NCBI GenBank assembly: GCA_050942955.1
Contig: JBMNOG010000005.1
Location: 307 to 64,306, forward strand
Reading direction: 5' to 3'
DNA length: 64,000 nt
DNA from: Patescibacteria group bacterium
GTDB taxonomy: Bacteria; Patescibacteriota; Microgenomatia; UBA1400; UBA1449
Shown: one piece after another, positions 27,683 through 37,794 of the stretch
Layout of the letters: each line of letters starts with the position of its first letter
How positions within the stretch are numbered: position 1 is the stretch's first letter
Notes under the pieces: generated by a model
What the model saw: only the letters and a program-made list of their open reading frames with translations
The model's database searches: none
What the model was told of the DNA's origin: nothing
Made by a program: the position numbers and the translations under genes

Positions 27683-28585
27683 ATGAAGATAGGTTATGCC
27701 TCAACAAATACTTCTCTTCCCTGTAAAAGTACAAAAACCTTTCGGTTCAGCTCGTTTTCGGAAGCCCGTTTTCGTGAGACTGTTGTCAATAACCTAGACT
27801 GTTTAAAGCAAATCTTAAACTTCAATCTCCAGCACAATATCTTATTTTTCCGTATTACTTCTGACCTTATTCCTTTTGCTTCTCATCCTATAAACAGAAT
27901 TCCCTGGCAGGAGATGTATGCAGACAAACTAGCATCTTTGGGAAAATTTGTTTGGGAAAAGGGTATGAGAGTTGGGATGCATCCGGATCAGTTTGTGGTT
28001 ATTAACTCTTCCTCTTCGGAAGTGGTTAAAAACAGCGTAGCGGAACTTGTTTACCATGTAGAAGTTTTGAATCTGATGAACCTGGACTACTCTCACAAAA
28101 TCCAGATTCACATTGGGGGAGCATACGGGGATAAGCTTTCAGCCACTGCACGTTTTATAAACCGCTATAAAAGCTTACCGGAAACAGTTAAGCGTCGGTT
28201 GGTAATTGAAAATGATGAAACGCTTTACGGAGTCAAGGATTGTCTTTGGGTTTCTGAGCAAACAGGCATTCCGATTGTTTTTGACATTTTCCATTACCGG
28301 ATTAAAGAGTATAAAGATACTGTAAAAGAAGTGATGCAAAAAGTGGCCTTGACTTGGAAACAGGTTGATGGGCTGCCTATTGTTGACTACAGCAACCAAG
28401 CTCCTAATAAGCGTTTTGGGTCACACAGTCAAACTATTGATACTGCCGATTTTATGCGCACAGTACAAGAACTAAAAGGTTTTGACTTTGACATTATGCT
28501 TGAAGTAAAAGATAAAGAAATAAGTGCAATTAAAGCTTTAGAAGCTATAAAACAAAGGTATGCAAAAGAAAGTAGCTCTCATTGA
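27683..28585 (+). CDS. uvdE: UV-damage endonuclease UvdE
   Basis: MKIGYASTNTSLP...ITSDLIPFASHP matches the UvdE TIM-barrel family N-terminus. 300 aa. Confidence 0.7.
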   Translation: MKIGYASTNTSLPCKSTKTFRFSSFSEARFRETVVNNLDCLKQILNFNLQHNILFFRITSDLIPFASHPINRIPWQEMYADKLASLGKFVWEKGMRVGMHPDQFVVINSSSSEVVKNSVAELVYHVEVLNLMNLDYSHKIQIHIGGAYGDKLSATARFINRYKSLPETVKRRLVIENDETLYGVKDCLWVSEQTGIPIVFDIFHYRIKEYKDTVKEVMQKVALTWKQVDGLPIVDYSNQAPNKRFGSHSQTIDTADFMRTVQELKGFDFDIMLEVKDKEISAIKALEAIKQRYAKESSSH

Positions 28586-29834
28586 CTGCAATAACTTCTT
28601 TGTTTCCTGCGAAAGACTTTTTAATCCTCAACTTAAAGACAAACCAATAGTAGTCTTGTCCAACAACGACGGCTGTATTGTTTCTCGTTCTAATGAGGCT
28701 AAGGCTCTAGGGATTGCCATGGGGATGCCTTTATTTAAATGTCTAGATGTGGTCAAAAAATATGACGTCCAAGTTTTTTCTTCTAACTTTATTTTGTATG
28801 GAGATATTTCACACCGGGTTATGGATACATTAAGACAATTTTCACCTGAGGTTGAAATATACTCAATTGATGAAGCTTTTATAGCTTTAAATCTAAATAC
28901 CAATCAAGAAACTGTTGAGTACGGAAAAAAGATCCGTGAAACGATACTAAAATGGGTGGGAGTTCCGGTCTCAGTTGGCATTAGTTCCACTAAAACTCTA
29001 GCTAAAGCTGCCAGCGAGATTGCCAAGAAAAACCTTGATTTTGAAGGAGTATTAGAAATAGACAAAGAAAACGTTGATATTATGCTATCTGTTTTGCCTG
29101 TTGGAGATGTGTGGGGAATAGGCAGGCAGTACGCTAGGTTCTTAAAAAAACATGCAGTTGAAACTGCTCTTGATCTTCGTGAACTATCTGACGAATGGGT
29201 TAGGAAAAATCTTACTGTCTCAGGACTGAAAACTGTTTGGGAACTGAGAGGTAAAGGCTGCATTGATTTTGAGCATGTGCCTCCTGCCAGAAAATCAATT
29301 ATCAGTTCACGATCGTTTGGAAAACCGGTGGCCGACTATATCAGCTTACGGGAAGCGGTTGCCAGTTACACTTCAATAGCTGCAGAGAAGTTGCGCAACC
29401 AGAAACTGGTAGCCTCTTGTGTTTTAGTTTACATAACTACCAACCGGTTTAAAGAGCAAGAAAAACAGTATTCCAATTCTTATGTTCTTAGATTACTGGA
29501 AGCTACCAATGATACATCTATCCTAGTAAAACACGCCACTGAAGCCTTGAAAAAGATTTACAAAAAGGGTTTTAAGTATAAAAAAGCTGGAGTGCTCTTG
29601 CTGGATCTGGTTTCTGAAAACAATATACAGGCAAACTTATTTACCAACCAGCGAGGAAAGATTAAAAGAAGTAAACTCCTGCATGCTTTAGATTTCATTA
29701 ACAACCGCTGGGGAGGCAACACAGTAAGTGTCGCGGCAGCCGGCATTAAAAAACCGTGGAAGGCAAACCAAGCTAGAAAAACAGGCAGACTAACTACTTC
29801 TTGGGACGAGCTTCCGAAAGTTAAAACTAGATAG
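28560..29834 (+). CDS. umuC: Y-family translesion DNA polymerase UmuC
   Basis: VALIDCNNFFVSCERLFNPQLKDKPIVVLSNNDGCIVSRS is the canonical UmuC/DinB N-terminus. It overlaps the uvdE 3' end by 26 nt. Confidence 0.85.
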   Translation: MQKKVALIDCNNFFVSCERLFNPQLKDKPIVVLSNNDGCIVSRSNEAKALGIAMGMPLFKCLDVVKKYDVQVFSSNFILYGDISHRVMDTLRQFSPEVEIYSIDEAFIALNLNTNQETVEYGKKIRETILKWVGVPVSVGISSTKTLAKAASEIAKKNLDFEGVLEIDKENVDIMLSVLPVGDVWGIGRQYARFLKKHAVETALDLRELSDEWVRKNLTVSGLKTVWELRGKGCIDFEHVPPARKSIISSRSFGKPVADYISLREAVASYTSIAAEKLRNQKLVASCVLVYITTNRFKEQEKQYSNSYVLRLLEATNDTSILVKHATEALKKIYKKGFKYKKAGVLLLDLVSENNIQANLFTNQRGKIKRSKLLHALDFINNRWGGNTVSVAAAGIKKPWKANQARKTGRLTTSWDELPKVKTR

Positions 29835-29893
29835 CTATGGGTTTTGGGGAATAGCTGGTATAGTATGGTAGTTCGATTTATACTACCCTGCCT

Positions 29894-31954
29894 ATGGCTA
29901 TTGATCTTAGTAAACATCTAAACCCGTCCCAGTACAAAGCAGTGGTAACGACAGATAAGCCTGTTTTAGTTATTGCCGGCGCAGGTTCAGGCAAGACTCG
30001 GGTAATTGAGTATAAAGTGATTCATTTGCTGGAGAAAAAAATTAATCCACAGTCTATTTTGCTCTTAACGTTTACACGTAAAGCTGCTTCTGAAATGCTG
30101 TCGCGAGCCGGCAGACATGATGTCCGCTGTGAGCAAATTGAAGGAGGTACGTTTCACTCTTTTGCATACAAAGTCCTCAAACGTTTTGCCCAAAAAGTTG
30201 GATTGCCTAACTCGTTTTCAATCTTGGATGATAGCGACGCTAATGAACTTATTGCTAGATGTACGGTTAAGCTCGGTCTTCTGGATGTAGAAAAGCGTTT
30301 TCCGAAAAACGAAACCCTCAAAAGCATTATTAGTAAATCCATAAACAAGCAATCTTCAATTAAGGCTGTTTTGGAACGGGAATATCCGCAGTTTGAAGAG
30401 TTCAGCCAGGAGATAACCCGGCTTAGAGAAGTTTATTTCCGTTATAAACGGGAAGTGGGATATGTGGATTATGATGATCTACTAGTTTACCTTAAGATGT
30501 TGCTTGAAGTGTCTGACTTGCGGCAGAGGATAGCTTCCCAGTTCCAGTATGTTATGGTTGATGAGTACCAGGACACGAATAAACTCCAGGGAGATATTGC
30601 CTATCTATTAGCTGAAAGCCACGGGAACATTATGGCTGTAGGTGATGATGCCCAGAGTATTTATGGCTTTAGGGGTGCAACCCACCAAAACATCATGGAG
30701 TTTCCCCTGCAATTTCCAGGGTGTGAAGTTATTAAGCTTGAGCAAAACTACCGCAGTACCCAGTCTATCCTTGATGTTTCCAATGTGGTTTTGGATAACA
30801 TGAGTAAAAAATATGAGAAACGCCTGGTTGCCTCAAAAGAGGATTTGGGGCTAAGACCCCAGTTTGTTGGTTTCAAAAATTCTTACCAGGAAGCAGAGTG
30901 GGTAGCAAAAACTATAAAAGAGCTAAGAGATGATGGTATACCTCTTGGCAAACAGGCCGTGTTGTTTAGGTCTGCGTACATTTCCATTTCTCTTCAGGCT
31001 GAACTTAACCGGTTAGGTATTCCCTTTAGAGTCTATGGTGGTTTGAAGTTTTATGAAACAGCCCACGTCAAAGACATGGTGGCTTTACTTAAAATTCTGC
31101 AAAGTCCTAGAGATGAGTTGGCGTGGAGTCGGGTACTAAGGTTTATTGAAGGCGTTGGACCCGTAACTGTAGATAAAATCACTGCTGCGTTTGCTGAAGA
31201 AACTACTTTAACAGGTGTTTTGACTATACTGGAGAAACAGTTTGGACGAGGATTTAAATTTTCAAAAGATATTGAAAAGATTGTCAAGGTCTACGAAAAC
31301 CTTATCGGTATAGATTCAGTTGAAATTCAATTTATTAAACTAATCGAGTACTATGACTCGATTTTGCGTAAAAAGTATGACGAATGGCATCTTAGACGCA
31401 ATGATTTAGATGTGTTAGCTGAAATCGCTTCCGGTTATAAATCCCTTGAGCAGTTTCTGGTTGATTTAGCCTTAGAACCACCCCAGCAGGGTGTAGCTGA
31501 AGTAGGGGCGGAGTTGGACGATGAAACTCCGCTGACTCTTTCTACTATCCACTCAGCCAAGGGTCTTGAGTGGGATGTAGTATTTGTTATCGGTATGGTT
31601 GATGGAGTCTTGCCGAGCCGTTTCTCTCTTCGTTTTAAAGATCAGCTTGAAGAAGAACACCGCCTTTTTTACGTGGCAGTTACCAGAGCCAAGCAGTATC
31701 TGTATTTGACCATGCACCATGAAGGTAGTCGTTATGGGTTATCTCAATTCAACCGGGTGTCCCGATTTTTAGAAAGTAGAAATATCTTAGAAAAACTTGA
31801 TCAGCAACTTATTGAGCATAAAACGTTTCAAATAGAAAGAACGAAGCTTGCCAAAGATAAAAGAATGCGTTTAGTAAGTGATGACTTTGAGGAGATCGAC
31901 ACTACCGATAAAAAGTCTCTATTCAAAAAAATCAATGATTCGTGGAAGTGGTAG
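29894..31954 (+). CDS. UvrD/PcrA-family ATP-dependent DNA helicase
   Basis: Walker A AGAGSGKT. DEYQDTN. QNYRST. VTRAK near the C-terminus. 686 aa. Confidence 0.85.
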   Translation: MAIDLSKHLNPSQYKAVVTTDKPVLVIAGAGSGKTRVIEYKVIHLLEKKINPQSILLLTFTRKAASEMLSRAGRHDVRCEQIEGGTFHSFAYKVLKRFAQKVGLPNSFSILDDSDANELIARCTVKLGLLDVEKRFPKNETLKSIISKSINKQSSIKAVLEREYPQFEEFSQEITRLREVYFRYKREVGYVDYDDLLVYLKMLLEVSDLRQRIASQFQYVMVDEYQDTNKLQGDIAYLLAESHGNIMAVGDDAQSIYGFRGATHQNIMEFPLQFPGCEVIKLEQNYRSTQSILDVSNVVLDNMSKKYEKRLVASKEDLGLRPQFVGFKNSYQEAEWVAKTIKELRDDGIPLGKQAVLFRSAYISISLQAELNRLGIPFRVYGGLKFYETAHVKDMVALLKILQSPRDELAWSRVLRFIEGVGPVTVDKITAAFAEETTLTGVLTILEKQFGRGFKFSKDIEKIVKVYENLIGIDSVEIQFIKLIEYYDSILRKKYDEWHLRRNDLDVLAEIASGYKSLEQFLVDLALEPPQQGVAEVGAELDDETPLTLSTIHSAKGLEWDVVFVIGMVDGVLPSRFSLRFKDQLEEEHRLFYVAVTRAKQYLYLTMHHEGSRYGLSQFNRVSRFLESRNILEKLDQQLIEHKTFQIERTKLAKDKRMRLVSDDFEEIDTTDKKSLFKKINDSWKW

Positions 31955-31965
31955 GTGAGAGAGTT

Positions 31966-32220
31966 TTACTCGTTCGTGTGCTGATAGTACTGAATGTAGT
32001 CCTGATACTCTTCTGACTCTGCAAATGCTCCCAAAATTCTCTCGTTTCTGGCAGTTACACTTACACCAATAATAATGCCAATTGAAAGAAGAATAATGAG
32101 TACAGCCAAGCGCATAACTTCTTTATGATGATCAATAGTGCTTTTTTTAGTAGATTTATTGGAGCGTTTTACTTTTTTTGGCATGTTGTTGAAGAAAATT
32201 TTTAATCCTATATCCATCAT
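31966..32220 (-). CDS. Small basic membrane protein (hypothetical)
   Basis: 84 aa with one TM (LAVLIILLSIGIIIGV). Weak support. Confidence 0.3.
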   Translation of the reverse strand: MMDIGLKIFFNNMPKKVKRSNKSTKKSTIDHHKEVMRLAVLIILLSIGIIIGVSVTARNERILGAFAESEEYQDYIQYYQHTNE

Positions 32221-32409
32221 AAAAGCTTTACTATCTGACTGTCAATATCCTAACTATCTAAAAACCACTCCAGTGCAGATTTCCTGGAAAGAAACTATAT
32301 TCTTGCTTTTCACTAAAGAGTTTTCAGGGTAAAATAGGTGAGTTATTACTTAAGTATGATATTCTTCACCTACTTTTATTGAAGAAGAGTTTCGGAGGGT
32401 AGCAAGACT

Positions 32410-35187
32410 ATGATCTTAAACTGGTTGAAATCTTTGGTTGACGAGAATAAAAAAATACTGACAAGTTATGAGACTATAGTTAGGGCAATTAACGAACTTG
32501 AGCCCGAGATGAAAAAGCTCAAAGATAAGGATTTTGCTGCCAAAACAGCAGAGTTTAAAGAAAGACTTAATACCCATGAAACTTTAGATGATGTTCTTCC
32601 GGAAGCGTATGCTCTTGTTCGTGAGGCTGCGCTTAGGGTCTTGGGGTTGCGGATGCACGATGTGCAGCTAATAGCAGCTATCGCTTTTCATAAAGGCCAA
32701 GTAGCTGAGCAAAAAACAGGAGAGGGCAAAACCCTTTCGGCTGTTCCGGCTTTATACCTAAACAGCCTGACGGGTAAAGGGGCTCATTTGGTGACTGTAA
32801 ACGATTACTTAGCTAGAATTGGCGCAGGTTGGAATGGCCCCATTTTTCAACTGCTCGATGTTTCGGTGGGGGTGATTTACTCTGGGAAAGGGGAGCAGCC
32901 TGCCAGGCTCTATGACCCTTCATTTACAGAATCAAACCAATATGATGAGCGCTTAAGTCACCTGCGACCTGTTACCCGCCAGGAAGCGTACAAAGCTGAT
33001 ATTACCTATGGTACTAACAACGAGTTTGGCTTTGATTACTTAAGAGATAATATGGTCCAGAGTCTTAGGGAAATGGTTCAGCGAGGGCATCACTTTGCCA
33101 TTGTTGATGAGGTAGACTCAATTCTTATTGATGAAGCCAGAACTCCGCTTATTATTTCAGCGCCTGATACTGAACCAACGGACAAGTATTACCAGTTTGC
33201 TCAGCTTATTGATGGGCTTTCACCTGATACTGATTACATTATCGACGAAAAAGTTAAATCAGCAAGCCTTACTGAACACGGTATTGCCAAAGTAGAGAAA
33301 AGGCTGGGAATTGATAACTTGTATGAAAAAGATTTCGAAGTTATTCACCACATTGAAAATGCCTTGAAGGCAAGGTCACTTTATCTTAAAGATAGGGATT
33401 ATGTAGTTAAGGAAGATCAAGTTATCATTGTTGACGAGTTTACTGGTAGGCTTATGTATGGTCGGCGCTGGTCAGAGGGTTTGCACCAGGCAGTTGAAGC
33501 CAAAGAAGGAGTTAAAATTCAGCAGGAATCAAAGACTTTGGCAACTATTTCTTTTCAAAACTACTTCAGAATGTACGAAAAGTTGTCTGGTATGACAGGA
33601 ACGGCTGCGACAGAAGCAGAGGAGTTTAGACGAATTTATGGTTTAGAAGTGGTAGTAGTTCCGACTCATAAACCCGTAGCCAGAATTGATAATCCTGATG
33701 TCGTCTATAAGACTCAGCGGGCTAAGTATGCTGCTATTGCCGAAGAGGTCAGAAGGCTCTATGAAAAAGGCCAGCCGGTTCTGGTCGGTACCACTTCCAT
33801 TGAAAAGAACGAAATTGTTTCAAGTCTCCTTAAACGCAAGAAAATTCCTCATAACGTCTTGAATGCTAAAAACCATGAGAGAGAAGCCGCGATTATCGCT
33901 GATGCCGGCAAGGTCAATGGGGTGACTATTGCTACCAACATTGCCGGAAGAGGAGTGGATATTGTGCTCGGTGGTGCTCCTCCTGAAAAAGAGAATTTCA
34001 AGGAAAAGAAAGCCTATGAAAAAGAACTGAAGAAGTGGCAGGAACAGCATGACAGGATTATCGAGCTAGGCGGTTTGTTTGTTCTGGGCACGGAAAGACA
34101 TGAGGCCAGGCGTATTGATAACCAGCTAAGAGGCCGTTCAGGCCGTCAGGGAGATCCAGGGGAGTCTAGATTTTACGTTGCTTTAGATGATGACATCATG
34201 AGGATATTTGGAGGTGAACAAGTAGCCAGGCTTATGGATATGTTTAAACTTCCTGAAGATATTCCTTTGGAGCACAGCATGGTTTCAAGGGCTATTGAGC
34301 AAGCTCAGGTGAAGGTGGAAGGTTTTCACTTTGATTCCAGAAAACATGTGGTTGAGTACGACGATGTCATGAATAAACAGAGGGAAATCATTTACAAGAG
34401 AAGGAAAAATGTTCTGGAAATGGCTGCGGAGTTGGAAAAAGAGCTTGATGGTGAACAGGTTGACATGGATAAAGTTAAAAAGCGGTTTGAAGATTTCGCG
34501 CTTAGAAAGACTATTATTGACAACATCGAAGAAGATATCGAGAACTTAGTCACTATCCGTATGCCGGATGGTATAGCTGATGTTGAGTACGAACAAATGG
34601 TGCGTGATTTTGCCGAGATTGTCCCCTTTGACCTTGCATCACAAAAAAGAATTCAGAAAGAGATAGAGAAAATTCATGAACCGGAGAAAATAATCCAGAA
34701 ACTGAAGGATATCTTCAGTAAGGTTTATAGCCAGAGGTTAGCTGAGCTTGGGCCGATTCTAATGGCTCAGATAGAAGTGTATGTAACTCTGCGAACTATT
34801 GATAAACTATGGATGGATCACCTGGATGCTATTGATGACCTGAGAGAAGGTATAGGTCTTAGGGGATATGGTCAAAGAGATCCGTTAGTTGAGTATAAAA
34901 ACGAAGCCTTTAATATGTTTGAGAGATTGTTGGCCAATGTAGATTATGAAATTGGAAGACAAGTGCTGCGTATTCATGTAGCTCAGCAGCCAACTATGTC
35001 AACCGAGGTAGTTACTAAACACCCTCAGGTTAGCCAGCCGAAAGCTAGTCCGATAAACCAACCTCTTCAGCAGACTTCAATGCCGCAACGGACAGTGAAA
35101 AATCGCAAAAAAATTGGCCGCAACGACCCTTGTTGGTGTGGAAGCGGTAAAAAGTGGAAAAAATGCCACTATCCGCAAACAGGCTAG
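32410..35187 (+). CDS. secA: Preprotein translocase ATPase SecA
   Basis: Full SecA motor. C-terminal zinc motif CWCGSGKKWKKCH. Ends with TAG. Confidence 0.97.
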   Translation: MILNWLKSLVDENKKILTSYETIVRAINELEPEMKKLKDKDFAAKTAEFKERLNTHETLDDVLPEAYALVREAALRVLGLRMHDVQLIAAIAFHKGQVAEQKTGEGKTLSAVPALYLNSLTGKGAHLVTVNDYLARIGAGWNGPIFQLLDVSVGVIYSGKGEQPARLYDPSFTESNQYDERLSHLRPVTRQEAYKADITYGTNNEFGFDYLRDNMVQSLREMVQRGHHFAIVDEVDSILIDEARTPLIISAPDTEPTDKYYQFAQLIDGLSPDTDYIIDEKVKSASLTEHGIAKVEKRLGIDNLYEKDFEVIHHIENALKARSLYLKDRDYVVKEDQVIIVDEFTGRLMYGRRWSEGLHQAVEAKEGVKIQQESKTLATISFQNYFRMYEKLSGMTGTAATEAEEFRRIYGLEVVVVPTHKPVARIDNPDVVYKTQRAKYAAIAEEVRRLYEKGQPVLVGTTSIEKNEIVSSLLKRKKIPHNVLNAKNHEREAAIIADAGKVNGVTIATNIAGRGVDIVLGGAPPEKENFKEKKAYEKELKKWQEQHDRIIELGGLFVLGTERHEARRIDNQLRGRSGRQGDPGESRFYVALDDDIMRIFGGEQVARLMDMFKLPEDIPLEHSMVSRAIEQAQVKVEGFHFDSRKHVVEYDDVMNKQREIIYKRRKNVLEMAAELEKELDGEQVDMDKVKKRFEDFALRKTIIDNIEEDIENLVTIRMPDGIADVEYEQMVRDFAEIVPFDLASQKRIQKEIEKIHEPEKIIQKLKDIFSKVYSQRLAELGPILMAQIEVYVTLRTIDKLWMDHLDAIDDLREGIGLRGYGQRDPLVEYKNEAFNMFERLLANVDYEIGRQVLRIHVAQQPTMSTEVVTKHPQVSQPKASPINQPLQQTSMPQRTVKNRKKIGRNDPCWCGSGKKWKKCHYPQTG

Positions 35188-35232
35188 ATATCCAAGAGAA
35201 AAAGTAACTTTTATTGCAGGTCTTAAAATAAA

Positions 35233-35256
35233 ACCCGCTGGTTCCAGCGGGTTTTG
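35233..35256. terminator. Bidirectional rho-independent terminator between convergent secA and the lipoprotein gene
   Basis: Stem CCCGCTGG/CCAGCGGG with T-runs on both sides (AAAATAAAA ... TTTTG). Confidence 0.55.
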
Positions 35257-35280
35257 AATTACCAAACTGTCAAAACACAA

Positions 35281-35949
35281 TTATTCCTCTGCTTCAAGGT
35301 CTCCCATTCCGCCCATTAACTCCTCAAGTTCTTCAGCTGAAGGGATATCTGAGGGTTTCATGTCTTGAAACTGTTTCACACTCTCCATGAGCTGAGCCAT
35401 ATCCTGAAACTGAATATCAGAAGGCGGGGTAAACTCACTGTCACTAATAGTTTGAGGAGTACAATTTACTTCGTAATCATCTTCGATCTCATCTGCCCAT
35501 TTTTCCATATCTCCCCAACTTTCTGCTTGTTCATTAGTGCCTGTGTCTTCATTAGCTAGACCTTCAAGAGCGCTGATTTTATACTTTATCCCAGCTTTGG
35601 TACTCCCATCCCAAAAGTAGACCCATTCACCGTCATTAATGACCCCTCCTTCTTCAATTGCTTCAGTTTCCGGATTGTAATCAATGCCATACACTCTTGT
35701 TTTATTGCCTTTAATAGCTACTGTAATTTCTGCACCGTCTTCATTATAGGTACACTTAGCGCTTTCACCTCTTGAAAAAATACTCTTTAAGCTATTGCCA
35801 ATTGTCTGTTCAGACTGTTCCTCTTGCTGCTCTTGTTGGAGGCCATCTTCATTAGAAGTTGAAGTCTGATTATTTGAAAACAGGGTGCAACTGGTTAGAA
35901 GTAAGGAAACAATAGCAAATAGTAAAAAGTTGAGTTTTTTCATAATCAC
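35281..35949 (-). CDS. Acidic secreted lipoprotein (hypothetical)
   Basis: Lipobox-like LLLTSC after a hydrophobic leader. Highly acidic mature part. Confidence 0.5.
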   Translation of the reverse strand: MIMKKLNFLLFAIVSLLLTSCTLFSNNQTSTSNEDGLQQEQQEEQSEQTIGNSLKSIFSRGESAKCTYNEDGAEITVAIKGNKTRVYGIDYNPETEAIEEGGVINDGEWVYFWDGSTKAGIKYKISALEGLANEDTGTNEQAESWGDMEKWADEIEDDYEVNCTPQTISDSEFTPPSDIQFQDMAQLMESVKQFQDMKPSDIPSAEELEELMGGMGDLEAEE

Positions 35950-36116
35950 CTTTCTTTATTAATTTGTATGTACCTATGTATATAACATCATCATAGAACC
36001 CGAGCAAGTAGTCTTTTATAACACTCAGTTTCAGTAAGAAATATTCTTTATATAGAAAAGAAATAAAAAAATGGGACTGACAATGAGTCTTGAATTTCTA
36101 CTGGAAATAAGAGAAA

Positions 36117-37793
36117 TTGGAAAGTATGAAACTTACAACTCAGTTTCAAGATATTTCAAAGCATAGTCACCTAATAGCAGTTATTGTTCTGGCTTTTTTT
36201 CTAGGGCTAGGCAATCTCTTTTTTGACTTTCCCCTGGCATTTACTGTTGGGGATGAGTTTGAAAGTCAAAGAGTAGCTCTTGAAATACTTAATAGTTATT
36301 CTTTGCGCCAATACTCGACCTATTTTCCTTTATGGTCCTGGATACAGCTGCCGTTCATTGTAATTACCCTTTTGGTTTTAAAAGTTTTTGGCTTCTTTTC
36401 TTCATTTGAAGCTGTTAAAAATGAAGTTTTACTGTATTCACCAGGGTTGTTTATGTTTATACCAAGACTTTTATCTGCTATAGTTTCAAGCTTAGCTGTG
36501 ATCTGGTTGTATAAAATTGGAAAGACATTAAAGTCTGGGCGCCTTGGTCTAATAATGAGTATTCTTTTCTGCTTCAACTTCCTACGTGTTCAGTAGGCGC
36601 ACTTTGGAAGGGTGACTTCGCTTTATCTATTTATGAGTTTAGGAATGCTCTACTATCTGATTTCTTTTCTTAAAACTAAATCATGCCGAAACTTCTGTTT
36701 CTCTATTATTTTTCTTGTAGGAGCTATTGCAGCTTACCCAATGGGAATTACTTTTATCTCCGCGGTGGTTCTTTGCTACTACTTATCTAAGAGTAGATTT
36801 AGTGTAAAAGATATAAAAAATGTAAAGCTAGTTAGTGTGGGAGGTCTTATTTTTATAGGAATCCTCCATTATCTTACACCCGGGATAATCTCGGCTTATA
36901 CTTCCCAGGTATCAGTTTTTTCTTCTGAGGTTTCACTTATTGGAAAAATAATTTACTACGGGAAAGTGCTGTTCTTGTATGACCCACTAGTTTTAATACT
37001 TGGCGTTGTGGGTTTGGTTGGTGCAGCTCAAAAGCACAAAAAACTGCTTTCTTTAATTCTTGCTTTTGCCGGATTCTCCTTTTTACCATACTTGTTTAAA
37101 AGTACGGCTGAACCTCGGTATGCGGTTTCTTTGTTCATTATGTTGACTATAGGAACTGCTTTTATTGTGGATAAGATTTTACAAAAGGTGGGTAAGAAAA
37201 AGTATGCATGGGTAGTAGTATTCTTAATTGTAATGTATCCAGCTATCTTAAATTTTCGAATGGTTCAGCTTATGTACTAAAAAAGCACTTATTTACTAGC
37301 GAAACATTGGATAGAGAAAAATATTCCCACAAATCATCCGCTTCTGGTAGATCGGAATAACTTCTATCTTTTGCCAACCAAAAAAGCCCAGTTTCCCAAT
37401 CATCTTTACAATACTTCTTATTATGTCCGGCTTAGACAAGCACTATCAACTCTTAGTGAAGAAGAAAAAGGTAATCTACCAAACCTAAAGCTTGTTAGGT
37501 CTATAAGCAACATGAAAATGCTTTCTGGAGAGGTTGACTGGAAGTATTTAAAAGCTAAAGATTACGACTATGTGGTTATTGAGTATTTTACCGACACCGA
37601 AAAGCAGTCTTTTATGAAAAAAATCGATTTTTCCCCAAGCCAGTTTATGTTAGTTAAAACAATAGCTCCCAGTAAAAAGATCACTAACATCTCAACTGTC
37701 CTTAATATTGAAAATCCGGTAGTTGATTTGTTTTCAATTGACCGCTTTGGACCGTATTTCGAAATCTATGAGAAACGTTGGAAACTGCAGTAG
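36117..37793 (+). pseudogene. ArnT/PMT_2-like GT-C glycosyltransferase interrupted by two in-frame stops (TAG at 36594-36596, TAA at 37278-37280)
   Basis: Three ORFs (36117-36596, 36612-37280, 37371-37793) share one reading frame. Their 15-nt and 90-nt linkers contain no other stops. The combined ~559-aa product is multi-TM with a DE motif (VGDEFESQRVALEIL) and a soluble C-terminal domain. Confidence 0.5.
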
Positions 37794-37794
37794 C

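Noticed and set aside
29835-29893. Inverted repeat GTAGT-N9-ACTAC upstream of the UvrD-like helicase as a possible SOS/LexA box
   Set aside because: It matches neither CTGT-N8-ACAG nor the GAAC-N4-GTTC Cheo box. It is too short and AT-rich to distinguish from chance.
36594-37280. Possibility that TAG/TAA are sense codons (alternative genetic code) explaining the split GT-C gene
   Set aside because: gltX (22137-22139) and secA (35185-35187) terminate with TAG at the expected protein C-termini. Most genes end with TAA/TAG/TGA in sensible positions. The standard code fits the whole window.
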